Assembly: GCA_963827655.1 (NCBI GenBank)
Contig: CAWHCF010000026.1
Span: forward strand, 224,001-288,000
Reading direction: 5' to 3'
DNA from: an uncultured Acidobacteriota bacterium
GTDB lineage: Bacteria; Acidobacteriota; UBA6911
Length of the DNA stretch: 64,000 nt
Shown: positions 12,017-23,007 of the stretch, piece by piece
Numbering within the stretch: the first letter of the stretch is position 1
How the letters are laid out: each line of letters starts with the position of its first letter
The notes under the pieces: generated by a model
The model's database searches: none
Seen by the model: the letters and a program-made list of their open reading frames with translations, nothing else
Told to the model about the DNA's origin: nothing
Made by a program: the position numbers and the translations under genes

Positions 12017-12706
12017 ATGCCCGAAATCTCGCGCTATTGCATCCCGTATACGCCCTTCACCGGCAAGCTGGAGAGCAGCCGTGTCGGAATTGTCAGCACG
12101 GCCGGAGTTCATCTGAGAAGCCAGCCCCCTTTTGTGCCGGAAGGAGATACAACCTTTCGCCTGATTCCAGCCGATGCAACTACGGATCTGACGACGGTCA
12201 CCCACGACCACTACGACCACAGCGATGCGCGCCGTGATGTGAACTGCGTGTTTCCGGTCGAGACCCTGCGCGAACTCGTGGCGGCGGGGAAGTTGGGCTC
12301 AACTACGCCCGAGCACCTCTGCATGGGATACTCACAGGCGATGCGGGAAATCAAGGAGAAGGTGGCCCACGAGATAGCCTTGATCACGCGAAAGTGGAAA
12401 TCGGATGCCATACTCCTGACCGCCGGCTGACCACTCTGTCATCGGACGGTCGTCACGCTCCAGCGCGCTATCGAAATGGAAGGGATCCCGACGGTTCTCA
12501 TAACCGTGGACCCCGAGCAGAGCTGGCAGGCGCGCCCGTCGCGCGCATTCTATCCTCGAGGCTTCAAACTGGGACATTCGCTGGGCCAGCCCGGCGCCCG
12601 TGATCTTCATCAGAGACTCGTGATCGATGCTCTCGACCTCTTGATCCACCCGGAAGAGCCTGGGACCATCGCCGAACAGGAGTATCCCGAATACTCCCCC
12701 GCTTGA
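12017..12706 (+). CDS. PrdB-like (GrdB/PrdB family) probable selenoprotein with UxxC motif (UGA at 12428-12430)
   Basis: ORFs 11990..12430 and 12476..12706 are in frame across LLTAG-TGA-PLCHRTVVTLQRAIEMEGIPT, resembling the clostridial PrdB TAGUxxCHR motif; also STAGVH, HYDHSDA, DVNCVFP. Confidence 0.9.
12443..12457 (+). promoter_or_regulatory. Candidate SECIS hairpin
   Basis: CG-GAC-GGTC-GTC-a-CG; loop G is 18 nt after the UGA. Confidence 0.5.
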
Positions 12707-12814
12707 TAAGTCTTCGTAGTTTAGTGCGGCGGAACCCAAAACCAACCTCCAAGACACGAAGACTCGAAGAAACTCCACGAACTTGGGTTAGGATTAGCCG
12801 CTGAGGCGGTTCAG

Positions 12815-13904
12815 ATGACACAGGTTCGCAACCACATACTGGTGGGAGACGTCGGCGGAACAAACACCAGGATCGCCGTTTTCGCCGACCTGGGACAGGG
12901 AAAATTCGAGGCTGTCCGGCACAAAACTTACCGGAGCAGGAAGATGGGAAGTTTTCCTGCTCTATTGAAACGGTTTCCTTCATCGCGAAGCTAGAGGGTT
13001 GGTGCCGAGACTGAGACAGGCGTGCATCGATTTCGCCGGCCCGCTAGGTTCAGATCGATCCAGGGCTTATGTCACCAATCTTGGGATCGAGTTCCGCGCC
13101 GACGAGGTATTGGATGCGACGGGAGTCGAGGAACTCACATTCCTGAACGATTTCGAAGCCGTGGGATTTGGTCTCGAGGTTCTCCTGGAAAGCCGGCCCG
13201 AAGCCTTTGTGCGCTTGTCGGCGACTGGAAGGCTTCCAGCAGGACGGGGCAAGAAGCCGACAGCGGTGGTCCTGGGCGCCGGCACAGGACTGGGAACCAC
13301 GATTCTGATCCACGATCCGGAACGCGGAAGCTACAGGCCGGTACCCGGCGAAGGAGGACACGCGGATTTCACGCCGGTCGAGGAGATTGAGTTTCAAGTC
13401 TCGCAATGGATCCGGAATCATCGGAATCGTTCCAGGCGGAACCCTCTGGACTGCGAAAAGATTGTGAGCGGACCCGGGTTAGTCAATGTCTATCACGCCT
13501 TGTCAGAGTTGGAGCCGAATACGGGCAATGCGGGCACGGCAAAGAAGATTCTCCGGGTGGACCCCCACGATCGGCCCGCCATTATTGTGAAACATGCCAG
13601 GCAGGACGCGCTGTGCCGCAAGGCCCTGGACCTCTGGCTGCGCTGCTATGCACGAGTCGCGAAGAACTGCGCCATCTTCCCGCTCGCCCCTGGGGGGATT
13701 TTCCTGGCCGGCGGAATCTCGGCCAAGATCCTGCCGGAGATTCAGTCGGGCGTCTTCTTGAGAGAGTTCACGCGCTGCGATATTCCATCCATCCGTTCAC
13801 TTCTGAAACGCACACCGCTTTTTGTTGTGACCGACTCCCGAATCGGGCTCTACGGCTGCGCCAACGTGGCTGTGAATTTCCTTGAGGAAATGAAGAAGCA
13901 GTAG
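12815..13904 (+). CDS. glk: Glucokinase (+1 frameshift near 12976)
   Basis: ILVGDVGGTNTR from ATG 12815; LNDFEA, GAGTGLG, EGGH, SGPGL, LAGGI motifs. Confidence 0.9.
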
Positions 13905-14275
13905 GCAGTTAGCAGGATATTGGCATCTTCTGAGAAAATATCTCGATCTCCGTCCTTACCGTAGCCGGGCCGGGATTCGGAGTCCCAAGCCAACATGGCG
14001 GCCAGGACCGGTAAACCGGCGGGCGATGCTCTGCTTACTGCCTGCTGTTTTTCCCGCCTACCCTTACCGACTACTGCTTCTTCCGGCCCGTCAGTTGCTT
14101 GCCCAATATCCTGTCCGCCGGGACACTCTTGCGGGTCTCGGAGACTGCCGAATTTTGTCGATCAGGACAAAACGAAGATTCGGCGTTCATGATTCTGGCA
14201 TTCTTAATGGAATCAGCATGCGTTCAGAGTAAGTTTTGGGGCTGATCAATAACCAATGAACCTACGAGAGGTGTG

Positions 14276-15604
14276 ATGCGCATCCATTCTTCTGGATTGA
14301 AATACAAGATTTTGGTCATTTTTCTTCTGCTGGCATCCTTCACCGGAATTCTGCTGGCCAATTTCTCCCAGCCTGAACTCGGTGTCACCGGTGGCTTCGG
14401 GCAGCTGACCTGCAATCAACAATTATGTCATTCCGGCAACGCCTTGAACGCGCCCGGCGGGAGTCTCACGATCAACGGCGTGCCGGCTGAATATCAGCCC
14501 GGACAGACCTACCCGATCACGGTCACACTTGCCAGAACGCGGCCAGTCGCGGTGGGGTTTCGAACTTGCCGTTCGGGCCGTGAGTGATGGGCAGCAAGCA
14601 GGGAACATAACCGTTACGGACTCGCTGCAGACCGAGCGGCGCGCCCAGTTCGGGATTCAATACATTCACCACACGCTTTCCGGCACATCCCCGAATACGC
14701 CTGGGCCAAAATCATGGACGTTCAATTGGACGGCGCCCGCCACAGCAGTTGGGGTTATCCGTTTCAATGCCGCCGGCAACGCGGCGAATAACAACAACAC
14801 GAACCTGGGTGACTTCATTTACACCGCCCAGGCAGATTCCAATCCTCCTTCCACGACTCCTCCTCCGAATCCTCCGCCTTCGGGTCCCATCACGGCGCTG
14901 TTCTCGCATATGGCCGTCGGGGGCGGCTACATCACCAGCTTCACGCTCATGAACACCGGGGCGGATGCGGTCAGCGGCAATCTCGTCTTGCGCGACCAGC
15001 AGGGGAATCCGTTCGACGTCAACCTGGCGGAGATCGGGGCCGCCGGCTCGGTGGGAAATAGCTTTCCCGTGACAATCGAGCCGGGCGGGGCCCGATCCTT
15101 TGTTGCCACTGCCGCCGGATGGCGGCGCTTCCCTGAGGAGCGGTTGGGCCCGAGTGGAGAGCTCCGGTGGAAACCTCGGCGGAGTTGGAACCTTTCAACT
15201 GGGCCAGGGAGCCACGCTTCAGACCGTGGCGGGAGTCCTGGCTGCGGCAGTCGGTCGAAGCTGTAACCATCCCGGTTGATAATAGCAGCAGCCAGAACCG
15301 TTTCACCGGGTTCGCCATCGCGAACCAGAACAGCGAGGATGTCAGCATCCGGCTGGTCACGCTCGACGAGAATGGCGCCGTGATGGAAAACGTCACGCCG
15401 GCGGAGCTGAACCCGCTGGGCCCGCAAAAGCAGATCGCGGTGTTCCTGCACCAGATTCTCCCCGCGCGTGCGACGTTCAGAGGGTCGATTGCGCTGGTGG
15501 TCCAGGGAGGCAAAAGGGCGTCATTCGTGGCGCTGGTTCAGAATCAAAGCCTGCTCACCGCCGTTCCGGTGATCCGGGAGAAGGCGCCCCAGGTCCCCAA
15601 CTGA
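14276..15604 (+). CDS. Secreted Reeler-like / choice-of-anchor V protein (three +1 frameshifts, near 14533, 15120, 15247)
   Basis: Signal peptide; GVTGGFGQLTCNQQLCH, WGFEL, WTFNWTAP, GDFIYT; Pro linker; C-terminal beta-rich region. Confidence 0.7.
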
Positions 15605-15612
15605 CGTTTGAT

Positions 15613-15670
15613 TTCTTGGTGTTTCTTCGTGTCCTTGGGTCTTCGTGGTATTTAGTTAGACGGCTCTAAC
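15613..15670. repeat. Dispersed REP-like repeat with 9-nt periodicity
   Basis: ttcttggtgtttcttcgtgtcc...cttcgtggtatt, near-identical to copies at 25181 and 38975. Confidence 0.75.
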
Positions 15671-18600
15671 CGGTTCGCCGGCGCCGCTGGGAGCGCGTCC
15701 GTCGTTTTTGGGCCGGCTTCGCTTTCGGCGCGCTGCCTGATGCTGCCCGCCTGGTGCGGGATGATTTCAGGATCATGGTGGCGGCGTCGAAGAAGCGGAA
15801 ATACGGGTTGCCGTAGTGCTGGTAGGCGCCCCAGGTGCGCCCGCCGGCACGGGTGGCGATCTCGACACGGGCTTCTCGCATCGCGACGTGCATCGGCTCG
15901 GGCTCGCCGACTTTGATCAAGCCGAGCAGCCCGGAATAGAGCCGGCGCGCGAAGCGGCGCGCCGCCTGGTCGTCGACCGGCCATGCGGTGCAGATGAAGT
16001 TCGCCACCCCGCGCTGGAAAAACGCCTCGGCAAAGCTGGGCGCGAGCGCTGCGTTACGCAGTTCGGAACGATCCGGCGTGATGCCTGATTCGCACGCGTT
16101 GGAGAAGATGAATTTCGGAATGCGATCGACGCGGTTCAGCTCGTTTGCGGTCAGCCGCTCGCGGCGCGAGAAGATCCAGCCCGAGTTGGACGGCTCCTCG
16201 GTATCGAAGACGCAATGTCCCGCAAAATGCAGCACGTCATAGGTCGTGAACATCAGGTGCCGAAGCACGTTGGTTCGCGTAGCTTCGTACGGGCCGAACA
16301 GCCGTACCACTTCGACCTGGTTGTAACTCAGATCCCGGTAAACGCCGTTGAAGCTCTCGAACAGTGCCGCCACTTCCTCTCCCTCGGCTTGCGCGCCCGG
16401 GAGCGGCGCATCATCGGCCGGATCGGCGACGATGAGAACGTTGAGCTTGCGCCGGGGCGGCGGCGGGGGCTCCGGCGGCGGCGAAAAGGTCGTGCGCAAT
16501 TGTCGGGTGAGGCCACGGCTGGTGCCAAGGAACGCGTTCGAATCAAATGGCGGCTCGTCATCTTCCGGTGACACCGGTGAACCGGTCAACGGATCGCTTT
16601 GGGCCATCATTTCCCAATGGACGCGCGCCGTTGTGGCATCGAGCATCAGGATCAGCGGCGCACTGGTGTAAATCGCAGGACGGATATCGGCCGGCATCAG
16701 CAGTGCCTCGAGCATTCTCCCGCTGTCGAACTGCTCCTTGAACCCGGTCGCGGCAGCGAGCTCGTCGTTTGCCTGCATGACCAGCGTGGGGTCGAGCGGA
16801 ATGTTGCGCTGCGGAACCGCCGCCGACTGCGTGAGCGCCGCGAACTGGTACATTTTGCGTTCGACCGCGACGGTCACCCGCACCGGAATCAATTCGTCGA
16901 CGGTCCGCGCCTTCGCAGCGGCTCTTTCAGCTCGCGCTCCATTCTCTTGCGGCGCTGCTCAAACGCCTCCTGGCGCGCGGCCTTCAATTGCTCCTTGCTT
17001 AGCGGTTGATACTCGATCGTCAGACGCTCCCGCTGGCGCTCTTTCTCGGCTTTGAGCGCTTCATCGATCTCTTCAATCTTTGCCGGATCGTATTCGAGAA
17101 AGGTCACATGCGTGAGATGCCGCGCCCGGTCTTCGATGGAGCCGGATACCGCGCGCCCGATACCGCGCATCCAGCCGTTGACCGCATCGGCAATCGAGAG
17201 ATTGCCGGCGCCGGCGCCGATCAAGACCGTGACCAGGTGCCGCTTGCCCATGCGGCCAAGAGCCCAGCACAGCTCCTGCACAAGCACGGTCAGTTCCGGC
17301 GCGCCGAAGCGGCCGGGAATGCCCATGCCGGCAAGCGCGATGATTCGTCGGGGATCGCGGGGGTCCTGGAGGAAAAACGGCTGGCCCAGCTCGCCGCGAA
17401 TGGTTCCCCGCAGGGAAAACTGCGTGAGTAGCAAATCGGGTTCCTGGGCTTCGCGGGAGTTCTCCTCTGGAGAGACGGCCTTGCCGGGCAATTTCTTGCT
17501 GATCGCCAAGTCAAGGGCTCTCTCGGCGGCCTGCGGTTTCACGCCGATGTAATGACCGACCGAAATCGCGTCCACGCGCGGCCCTCCGATGCCGAGCTCG
17601 TCGATGTTCTCGATTGAACCATTGCACCAGGCCAATCTCGATGCGTTCGAGGGCTGGTCGTTCGGGGTCCGCCTCGGCTTCGCGCGGGACTTCGATTGCC
17701 GGAGCCTTCCCGGCGGTGACAGTTTTTGCCTCAGCGATCGGCTTCAAAGAAGCTTTTTTACTTCCAGTGGCAGCGCGCAAGAAGCCCTCCAGTATGATCT
17801 CTTCGGCCTCACGTTCGTCGGCGCTGACAAAGCGGCTTACGCCGGCTTCGACGCCTCGCGCCTGGGGACGGAGGCGCTCCGTGAGAGCCTTCAATCGCAG
17901 TTCCTCGGCGGTTTGCTGCGCCTGCTCCAGGCGGGCGCCGGCTTCGACCAGTTTCTTATCATCCAGCGACCGGCGAGCGGGCACTTGCTGATCGAGATGA
18001 CAATGGCCGGTCTCCATCAGCTCGTCCGAAGCGCGGATCACATCTTCATCGGCCGGCAGGTTGCCGTGCTCGGCTTCCACGAAAAATGTCGGGATCCGCT
18101 TGCCGTTCTGCTTCAGAAAACCCAGCTCGTGCGGCACAGTCCCGTCGCCGAAGAAACTCTTGTCGTACGCGTCGCGCGAGTTCAGGCGCGCCAGATCCTT
18201 GATGTCGACGTCGGTGAGTTGATTGCAGCCGGCGACGTAGATCATCCGCTCGCCGTCCACTTCGGAGCTGATCCACTCGTGATGCTTGCGCGCGAGATCG
18301 AGCCGGTTCTGCGGTACATTCTGGCTGCCGTAAGTGGATGATTTGTAGAGATCGGCCATCTTCGGCATGACCAGCGGCGATGGCAGCATCTGGTAAGAGC
18401 CGGTAAAGGAATTCAGGATTTCGAGAACTTCCTGGAGGCTGTGCTTCAAATCGGCCGTGGCAAGGCGGCTCACGCTCGAGTTCAATCCGGTGATCACCTG
18501 GGGGATGGCGAACGAGCCGTGATTCGGGGTGCCGAGCATGACCAATCGCCCCCCGGCGGCGCCTTTGCCTTTGCGATCCCACATCGTCTTCCAGCGGGCA

Positions 18601-19169
18601 GGGAACATTTTGGTAAAGGTCCGCGAAACCAGGCCCCCCATTGAGTGTGCAACCAGATGTACCGGGGCGTCGTCGCCGAACCAGCTTTTGATGGCACCGT
18701 TCAGCGCTGTCGAGGAATCGCGCAGGTCCTTGCGCCAGTCGTACCAGAAGGCGCGGACATTCCAGTCCTGGGCCAGCGCGAGAAGCATTTCGCCATAGTA
18801 CTTTTTTAGAACGCCGGTCGCCTGAACGTCGAACAGCGACGGTCCCTCCGGACTGCAGCGCAGCCAGCCGATTGCGCCGATCATTAACCGGGGGATGCTC
18901 ATCCAGATGTGCTGGGAGCTACCGGGCTTCGTGACGGTAAGTTCGCTGCCCATGATCCCGTGCAGGACCACCACGTTGCCCTTGACTCGTCTGTCGGTCC
19001 CGCGCGTCGTGCGCGCTTTGACCGCCCGGTTGCGCATGCGCTCATAGCGCACATCGCCGAAGTGCACGCGCAATGCCCGCTCTTCGTCCGCGGTGGGCCG
19101 CTGCAGAATCTTGATCAGCTCCTCTGCGTCCGCCGCTTCAACGCGGGCGATAAATGCTCTTTCGTCCAC
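15666..19169 (-). CDS. Lipase/acyltransferase + leucyl-aminopeptidase-N-like + CHAT fusion, about 1165 aa (frameshifts near 17625 and 16925)
   Basis: HGIMGS, AHSMGG, GDGTVP, then HFAGH and SNACESG; three track ORFs join by single-base shifts. Confidence 0.8.
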
Positions 19170-19187
19170 CGTTAAGATCCTTTCGGA

Positions 19188-19287
19188 AAAATTGGTGACA
19201 GGCTACCCTTTTCCCAATTCCGAAGGGAAGAGTCACAGCCAGAACCGCTCGCAAGAACCGGGAAAAGCGTAGCCTGTCATCAATTTT
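19188..19287. repeat. Inverted-repeat element with about 27-bp arms; a further single arm at 20004-20034
   Basis: AAATTGGTGACAGGCTACCCTTTTCCC ... GGGAAAAGCGTAGCCTGTCATCAATTT. Confidence 0.75.
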
Positions 19288-19990
19288 GGATTTTTTCAAT
19301 CTGTTCGTCGAGACGCCTGGCATCGGACTCGTCACCGTGTTTGCGCATGTCGTCCCGCAGCGCTTCGAGCTTCTTGCGGATGCGTTCCAGGTCCTTTTTA
19401 TGTTCCCGGCGGAACTGCTCCACTTCCTCTTTGGCTTGCCGGGCTCCGTTCCGGGTCAACTCGCTCAACTCACGCAGGGCTTCTTCCGCCTCCTTGCGAA
19501 ACCGTGAATTTCCAAGATTGCTTACCAGGCTGGCAGTCTGGTCGCTCAGCTGGCGCCAGTACTCCGCAGTCCACTTCTTTCCTTCCGCAATCCAGGAGGC
19601 GCCGGTCTGACGCTTTCCCTGAACCTTTTCGCCCTCCGAAAACAGGGAACCGGGTGAAGCGGGAGTCACGATCTCAATGGAACTGCTCCCAAGAACACCG
19701 CCGTAAGGCGCGGGTTTGAGATAGAACTCGGTGCCTCGAGTGATCTTGGGCACATAGTCTTCCTTGAGTTCGATTGTGACCCCGATCTGGTTGTCGACCA
19801 GGGGCTGAATCCCGGTTACTTTACCAACCGTGAATCCCTTCCAGGTCACGGGGGCCTCCGTCTCGAGGCCACCCGCGTCATCAAGAAGGACCACCAGAGA
19901 CAGGTTACGGCTTCCGGTGAGAATCCAGATCAGCGCTAGAGCGACCACCACCAGAATGGCAATACCGATCCAAAGACCTTTTCGAGACAT
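19280..19990 (-). CDS. MCE/MlaD family protein
   Basis: TM anchor; DAGGLETEAPVTWKGFTVGKV; helical C-terminus. Confidence 0.85.
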   Translation of the reverse strand: MSRKGLWIGIAILVVVALALIWILTGSRNLSLVVLLDDAGGLETEAPVTWKGFTVGKVTGIQPLVDNQIGVTIELKEDYVPKITRGTEFYLKPAPYGGVLGSSSIEIVTPASPGSLFSEGEKVQGKRQTGASWIAEGKKWTAEYWRQLSDQTASLVSNLGNSRFRKEAEEALRELSELTRNGARQAKEEVEQFRREHKKDLERIRKKLEALRDDMRKHGDESDARRLDEQIEKIQN

Positions 19991-20070
19991 AGCGCCTCCG
20001 AAGAATCGGTGACAGGCTACCCTTTCCCCAATTTTAAGAGTACGGTTAATCATATTACCGGAGAGGAAAA

Positions 20071-20577
20071 TTGGATCTGAAAAATCGGCCGCGCATAGGA
20101 GTGGTAGGCCCTTCGGAATGCTCGCCCGAGGTCTGGAACCTCGCCCGCGAAGTCGGTTTCCTGATCGCGCGCGAGGGTGGAATTCTCATCTGCGGCGGGC
20201 GGTCCGGCGTCATGGAAGCAGCCGCAAGCGGCGCGAAGCAGGCGGGCGGCGTGACCGTCGGAATTCTTCCGGGCCGGACCGCCTCGGAAGCAAATTCGAG
20301 CATCGACATACCGATTGTTACCGACATGGGTCATGCTCGGAACGTGATCAATGTCCTGACCAGCCAGGTCATCATTGCCGTGCATGGAGCTTACGGGACG
20401 TTGTCGGAGATCGCGTTGGCTTTGGCGTGCGGGAGGCCGGTGGTTGGACTGCAGACCTGGTCTTTGACTCCGCCCGAGGGTTCACTGCCTCCGTCGGTAA
20501 TGCTTGCCCGCACAGCGGCTGAAGCGGTTGCCAGCGCATTTCGGCTGATCCGCGAGACGCCGCCGCAACCCAAGTGA
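20071..20577 (+). CDS. TIGR00725-type LOG-like Rossmann-fold protein
   Basis: CGGRSGVMEA, VGILPG, MGHARNVINV, YGTLSEIALA. Confidence 0.85.
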   Translation: MDLKNRPRIGVVGPSECSPEVWNLAREVGFLIAREGGILICGGRSGVMEAAASGAKQAGGVTVGILPGRTASEANSSIDIPIVTDMGHARNVINVLTSQVIIAVHGAYGTLSEIALALACGRPVVGLQTWSLTPPEGSLPPSVMLARTAAEAVASAFRLIRETPPQPK

Positions 20578-20735
20578 TCTTCGTATTTCTTGGCGTCTTC
20601 GCGTCTTCGTGGTTACGAAGCAACCCAAGAATTTTCGCAACTTTTTCGGCCAATCTGTGTTTGGGTTCTCATGGAGCACCTTCTTTGAGGATGGTGGAAG
20701 TGGAGATCGCACTCCCATGGAATTTGCTGGCAGTC

Positions 20736-21344
20736 ATGCGTGAAGACACCCAGCCGGCGGCCCTCGATATCGACGTCGAGTTGATGCTCGGGTTCCAGGC
20801 TGGTGATCTTCAGGCTTTCGATAAGCTCTTTTCCCGCCACGCGCGTTCGGTCGTGAATTTCGCCTACCGCTTTGTCCGAAACCGCGAGGTGGCGGAGGAA
20901 CTGGCTCAGGAAATATTTCTCAAGGTCCACGATGCGGCTCCGGAATACCGCCCGGAAGCCAAATTCACCACCTGGTTATTTCGCATCGCGACCAATGTCT
21001 GCTTGAATGAAATACGCCGGCCGTATTTCAAGGCCACCCATCGCTCGCTGGACACAAGCGCTACCGATGATTGCGAGCGGCCGGTGGAACTGGAGGATAC
21101 CGAACGGCCGGGACCCCAGGCGGCAATGGAGAGGCGCGCGGTAGCCGCAGCGCTGAAGGATGCCCTGGAGCGATTGCCGGAGAAACAGCGCCTGGCCTTT
21201 ATCTTGAACAAATACCAGGATCTTTCTTATGCTGAGGTTGCCGAGGTGATGAAGATCAGCGAGAAAGCCGTAAAGTCACTGATCCACAGAGCCAAGGAGG
21301 CCATGGCGGAACGCCTGAGGCCGTTGTCGGCGGAGTTATTGTGA
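20736..21344 (+). CDS. ECF sigma factor
   Basis: AEELAQEIF, KFTTWLFRIATN, LSYAEVA, VKSLIHRA. Confidence 0.92.
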   Translation: MREDTQPAALDIDVELMLGFQAGDLQAFDKLFSRHARSVVNFAYRFVRNREVAEELAQEIFLKVHDAAPEYRPEAKFTTWLFRIATNVCLNEIRRPYFKATHRSLDTSATDDCERPVELEDTERPGPQAAMERRAVAAALKDALERLPEKQRLAFILNKYQDLSYAEVAEVMKISEKAVKSLIHRAKEAMAERLRPLSAELL

Positions 21345-21345
21345 A

Positions 21346-21867
21346 ATGAATTGCGCGGATACTCAGACCAGGCTGAAAGTCTTCTTGAGCGGCAAGCTGG
21401 AAGGGACCGAGTCTCGGAATGTTCGTTTACACCTCGCGTCGTGTCCTCGCTGCGCATCGCTCTTGAACCCGGTGGATCGCGTCGAGATTCTGCCTGCGAT
21501 CGACGAGAACCTTGAACTGTCGGAAAGCTTTCATGATCGCTTCCTCTCGCGGCTGGAGGCTCACCGGGCCAGGCAGGGTGGAGCGCGGCACGATTCAGGC
21601 TTCTGGTGGAACCGGCTTTTTCAATGGAGCATGCCACGCAGACTGGCCGCTGCCGGGAGTCTGGCAGCGGTTTTGTTCCTGGGAGTCTATTGGGCGGTTT
21701 TCAGGGTAAATGAGGATCTCGATGCTCTGCCGGCGGACATTACCATCGCGGAGAACCTTCCGTTATTGAGAGACATGAAGGTCATTGAAAACCTTGATCT
21801 GCTCGAGGACTTTGAATCAATCCAGGAGCTGGGAGCCGGCAGCAAATCTGCCACAGCGGTCCATTAG
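21346..21867 (+). CDS. Zinc-finger (zf-HC2) anti-sigma factor
   Basis: MNC...HLASCPRC; single TM helix; directly follows the ECF gene. Confidence 0.88.
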   Translation: MNCADTQTRLKVFLSGKLEGTESRNVRLHLASCPRCASLLNPVDRVEILPAIDENLELSESFHDRFLSRLEAHRARQGGARHDSGFWWNRLFQWSMPRRLAAAGSLAAVLFLGVYWAVFRVNEDLDALPADITIAENLPLLRDMKVIENLDLLEDFESIQELGAGSKSATAVH

Positions 21868-21903
21868 CATCTTTTCCGGTTCGATAATTAACAGAGATGC
21901 CGG

Positions 21904-22212
21904 GTGAAAAGATTGCAATGTTGCGGGTTCGCCCTATGGCTGGCGATAGCGCTGCTGGCGCCGGCCTCGGAGGAAGTGCCGGCGCAAAACGGGAAACCGC
22001 CTGCGCCTGCCTCCGCTCCGGCCCTCAGCGCCGAAGACAAAGAGATTCTAAAGTATCGCGACCTGCTGGAAAACTTTGAGTTGCTTCAAAACCTGGAGAA
22101 AATCAAGTACCTGGATTTCTTCACCGAGAAGAAAGAAAGAAAAAGCGGGGCGAAGCCCGCAGGCAAAGAAAATGCGCGCAAGGACAGCAGCGCCACGCCA
22201 AAACCCAAGTGA
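21904..22212 (+). CDS. Small secreted hypothetical protein
   Basis: Signal peptide, Pro/Ala linker, hexad-periodic segment; operon position. Confidence 0.65.
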   Translation: MKRLQCCGFALWLAIALLAPASEEVPAQNGKPPAPASAPALSAEDKEILKYRDLLENFELLQNLEKIKYLDFFTEKKERKSGAKPAGKENARKDSSATPKPK

Positions 22213-22231
22213 ATCGGGCGGGTCCCGGCGT

Positions 22232-22834
22232 TTGAGCGCGGCAGCGAAAAATCCATCACCGCGGCGCCAAGCGGCTCGTCGTTTAGCGGCCGCTTCAATC
22301 ATAGCCCTGATTTTGATTCTCGGCAGCGTCACTGCGTGGGCCCAGACGTCGCCCTCCGATCAGATAGAAGAGTGGAACAAGCTCACACCGGAACAGAAAG
22401 AGACACTGCGGCGAAGATACCAGGCCTTCAAACGATTGACACCGGAGCAACAGCAGGAGATTCTGGAAAACCGCGAACAGCTCCGGAAGATGGCCCCTGC
22501 GGAGCGGAAGATCGTGCTGGAGAATTACTCGGCTTTCCAGCAACTCACGCCCGAAGAGCAAAGATTTCTGCACCAGAAGTTCCAGCGCTGGAAGCGACTG
22601 CCTCCCGAGCGACGGGAACAGCTTCGAAATAACTACCGGCGCTTTCTTCAGATGACCCCTGAGCAGCGAAGCCGCTTCCTCGAAAACTACCGCGTTTGGC
22701 GTAAGATGACACCCGAAGAGCGCGCTCGTTTGCGCCGCGAGAGTCGGACGTCGGATCCGGCGAGCCGGAAGAAAACCTCGGGAGAACGCGGCCCGGATAC
22801 ACCTCCCAGCAAACGCAACCAGGAGCGCCCCTAG
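22232..22834 (+). CDS. DUF3106-like periplasmic helical-repeat protein (start uncertain)
   Basis: Signal peptide ending AWA; repeated W/F-x-x-L-T-P-E-Q units; typical ECF-operon context. Confidence 0.7.
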   Translation: MSAAAKNPSPRRQAARRLAAASIIALILILGSVTAWAQTSPSDQIEEWNKLTPEQKETLRRRYQAFKRLTPEQQQEILENREQLRKMAPAERKIVLENYSAFQQLTPEEQRFLHQKFQRWKRLPPERREQLRNNYRRFLQMTPEQRSRFLENYRVWRKMTPEERARLRRESRTSDPASRKKTSGERGPDTPPSKRNQERP

Positions 22835-23007
22835 CGCTTTAGTCGAGTCTTTGCGTCTTCGTCGGTAGGTATTTGTGCCGCCGTACACCACGAAGACCGA
22901 GGCAAGGAAATTGACAATCTTCCGGAATGCGTGGCATGATTTCCGCCAACATTTTCCGCTGCGTACGCCCTTTCGGTTAAGAACCGCACCGAGGGGAGAA
23001 CGAAATC

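Noticed and set aside
14405-14435. CNQQLCH as a c-type heme site
   Set aside because: Spacing is CX4CH, in a domain where this Cys/His pattern appears to be a family feature; there is no other cytochrome evidence.
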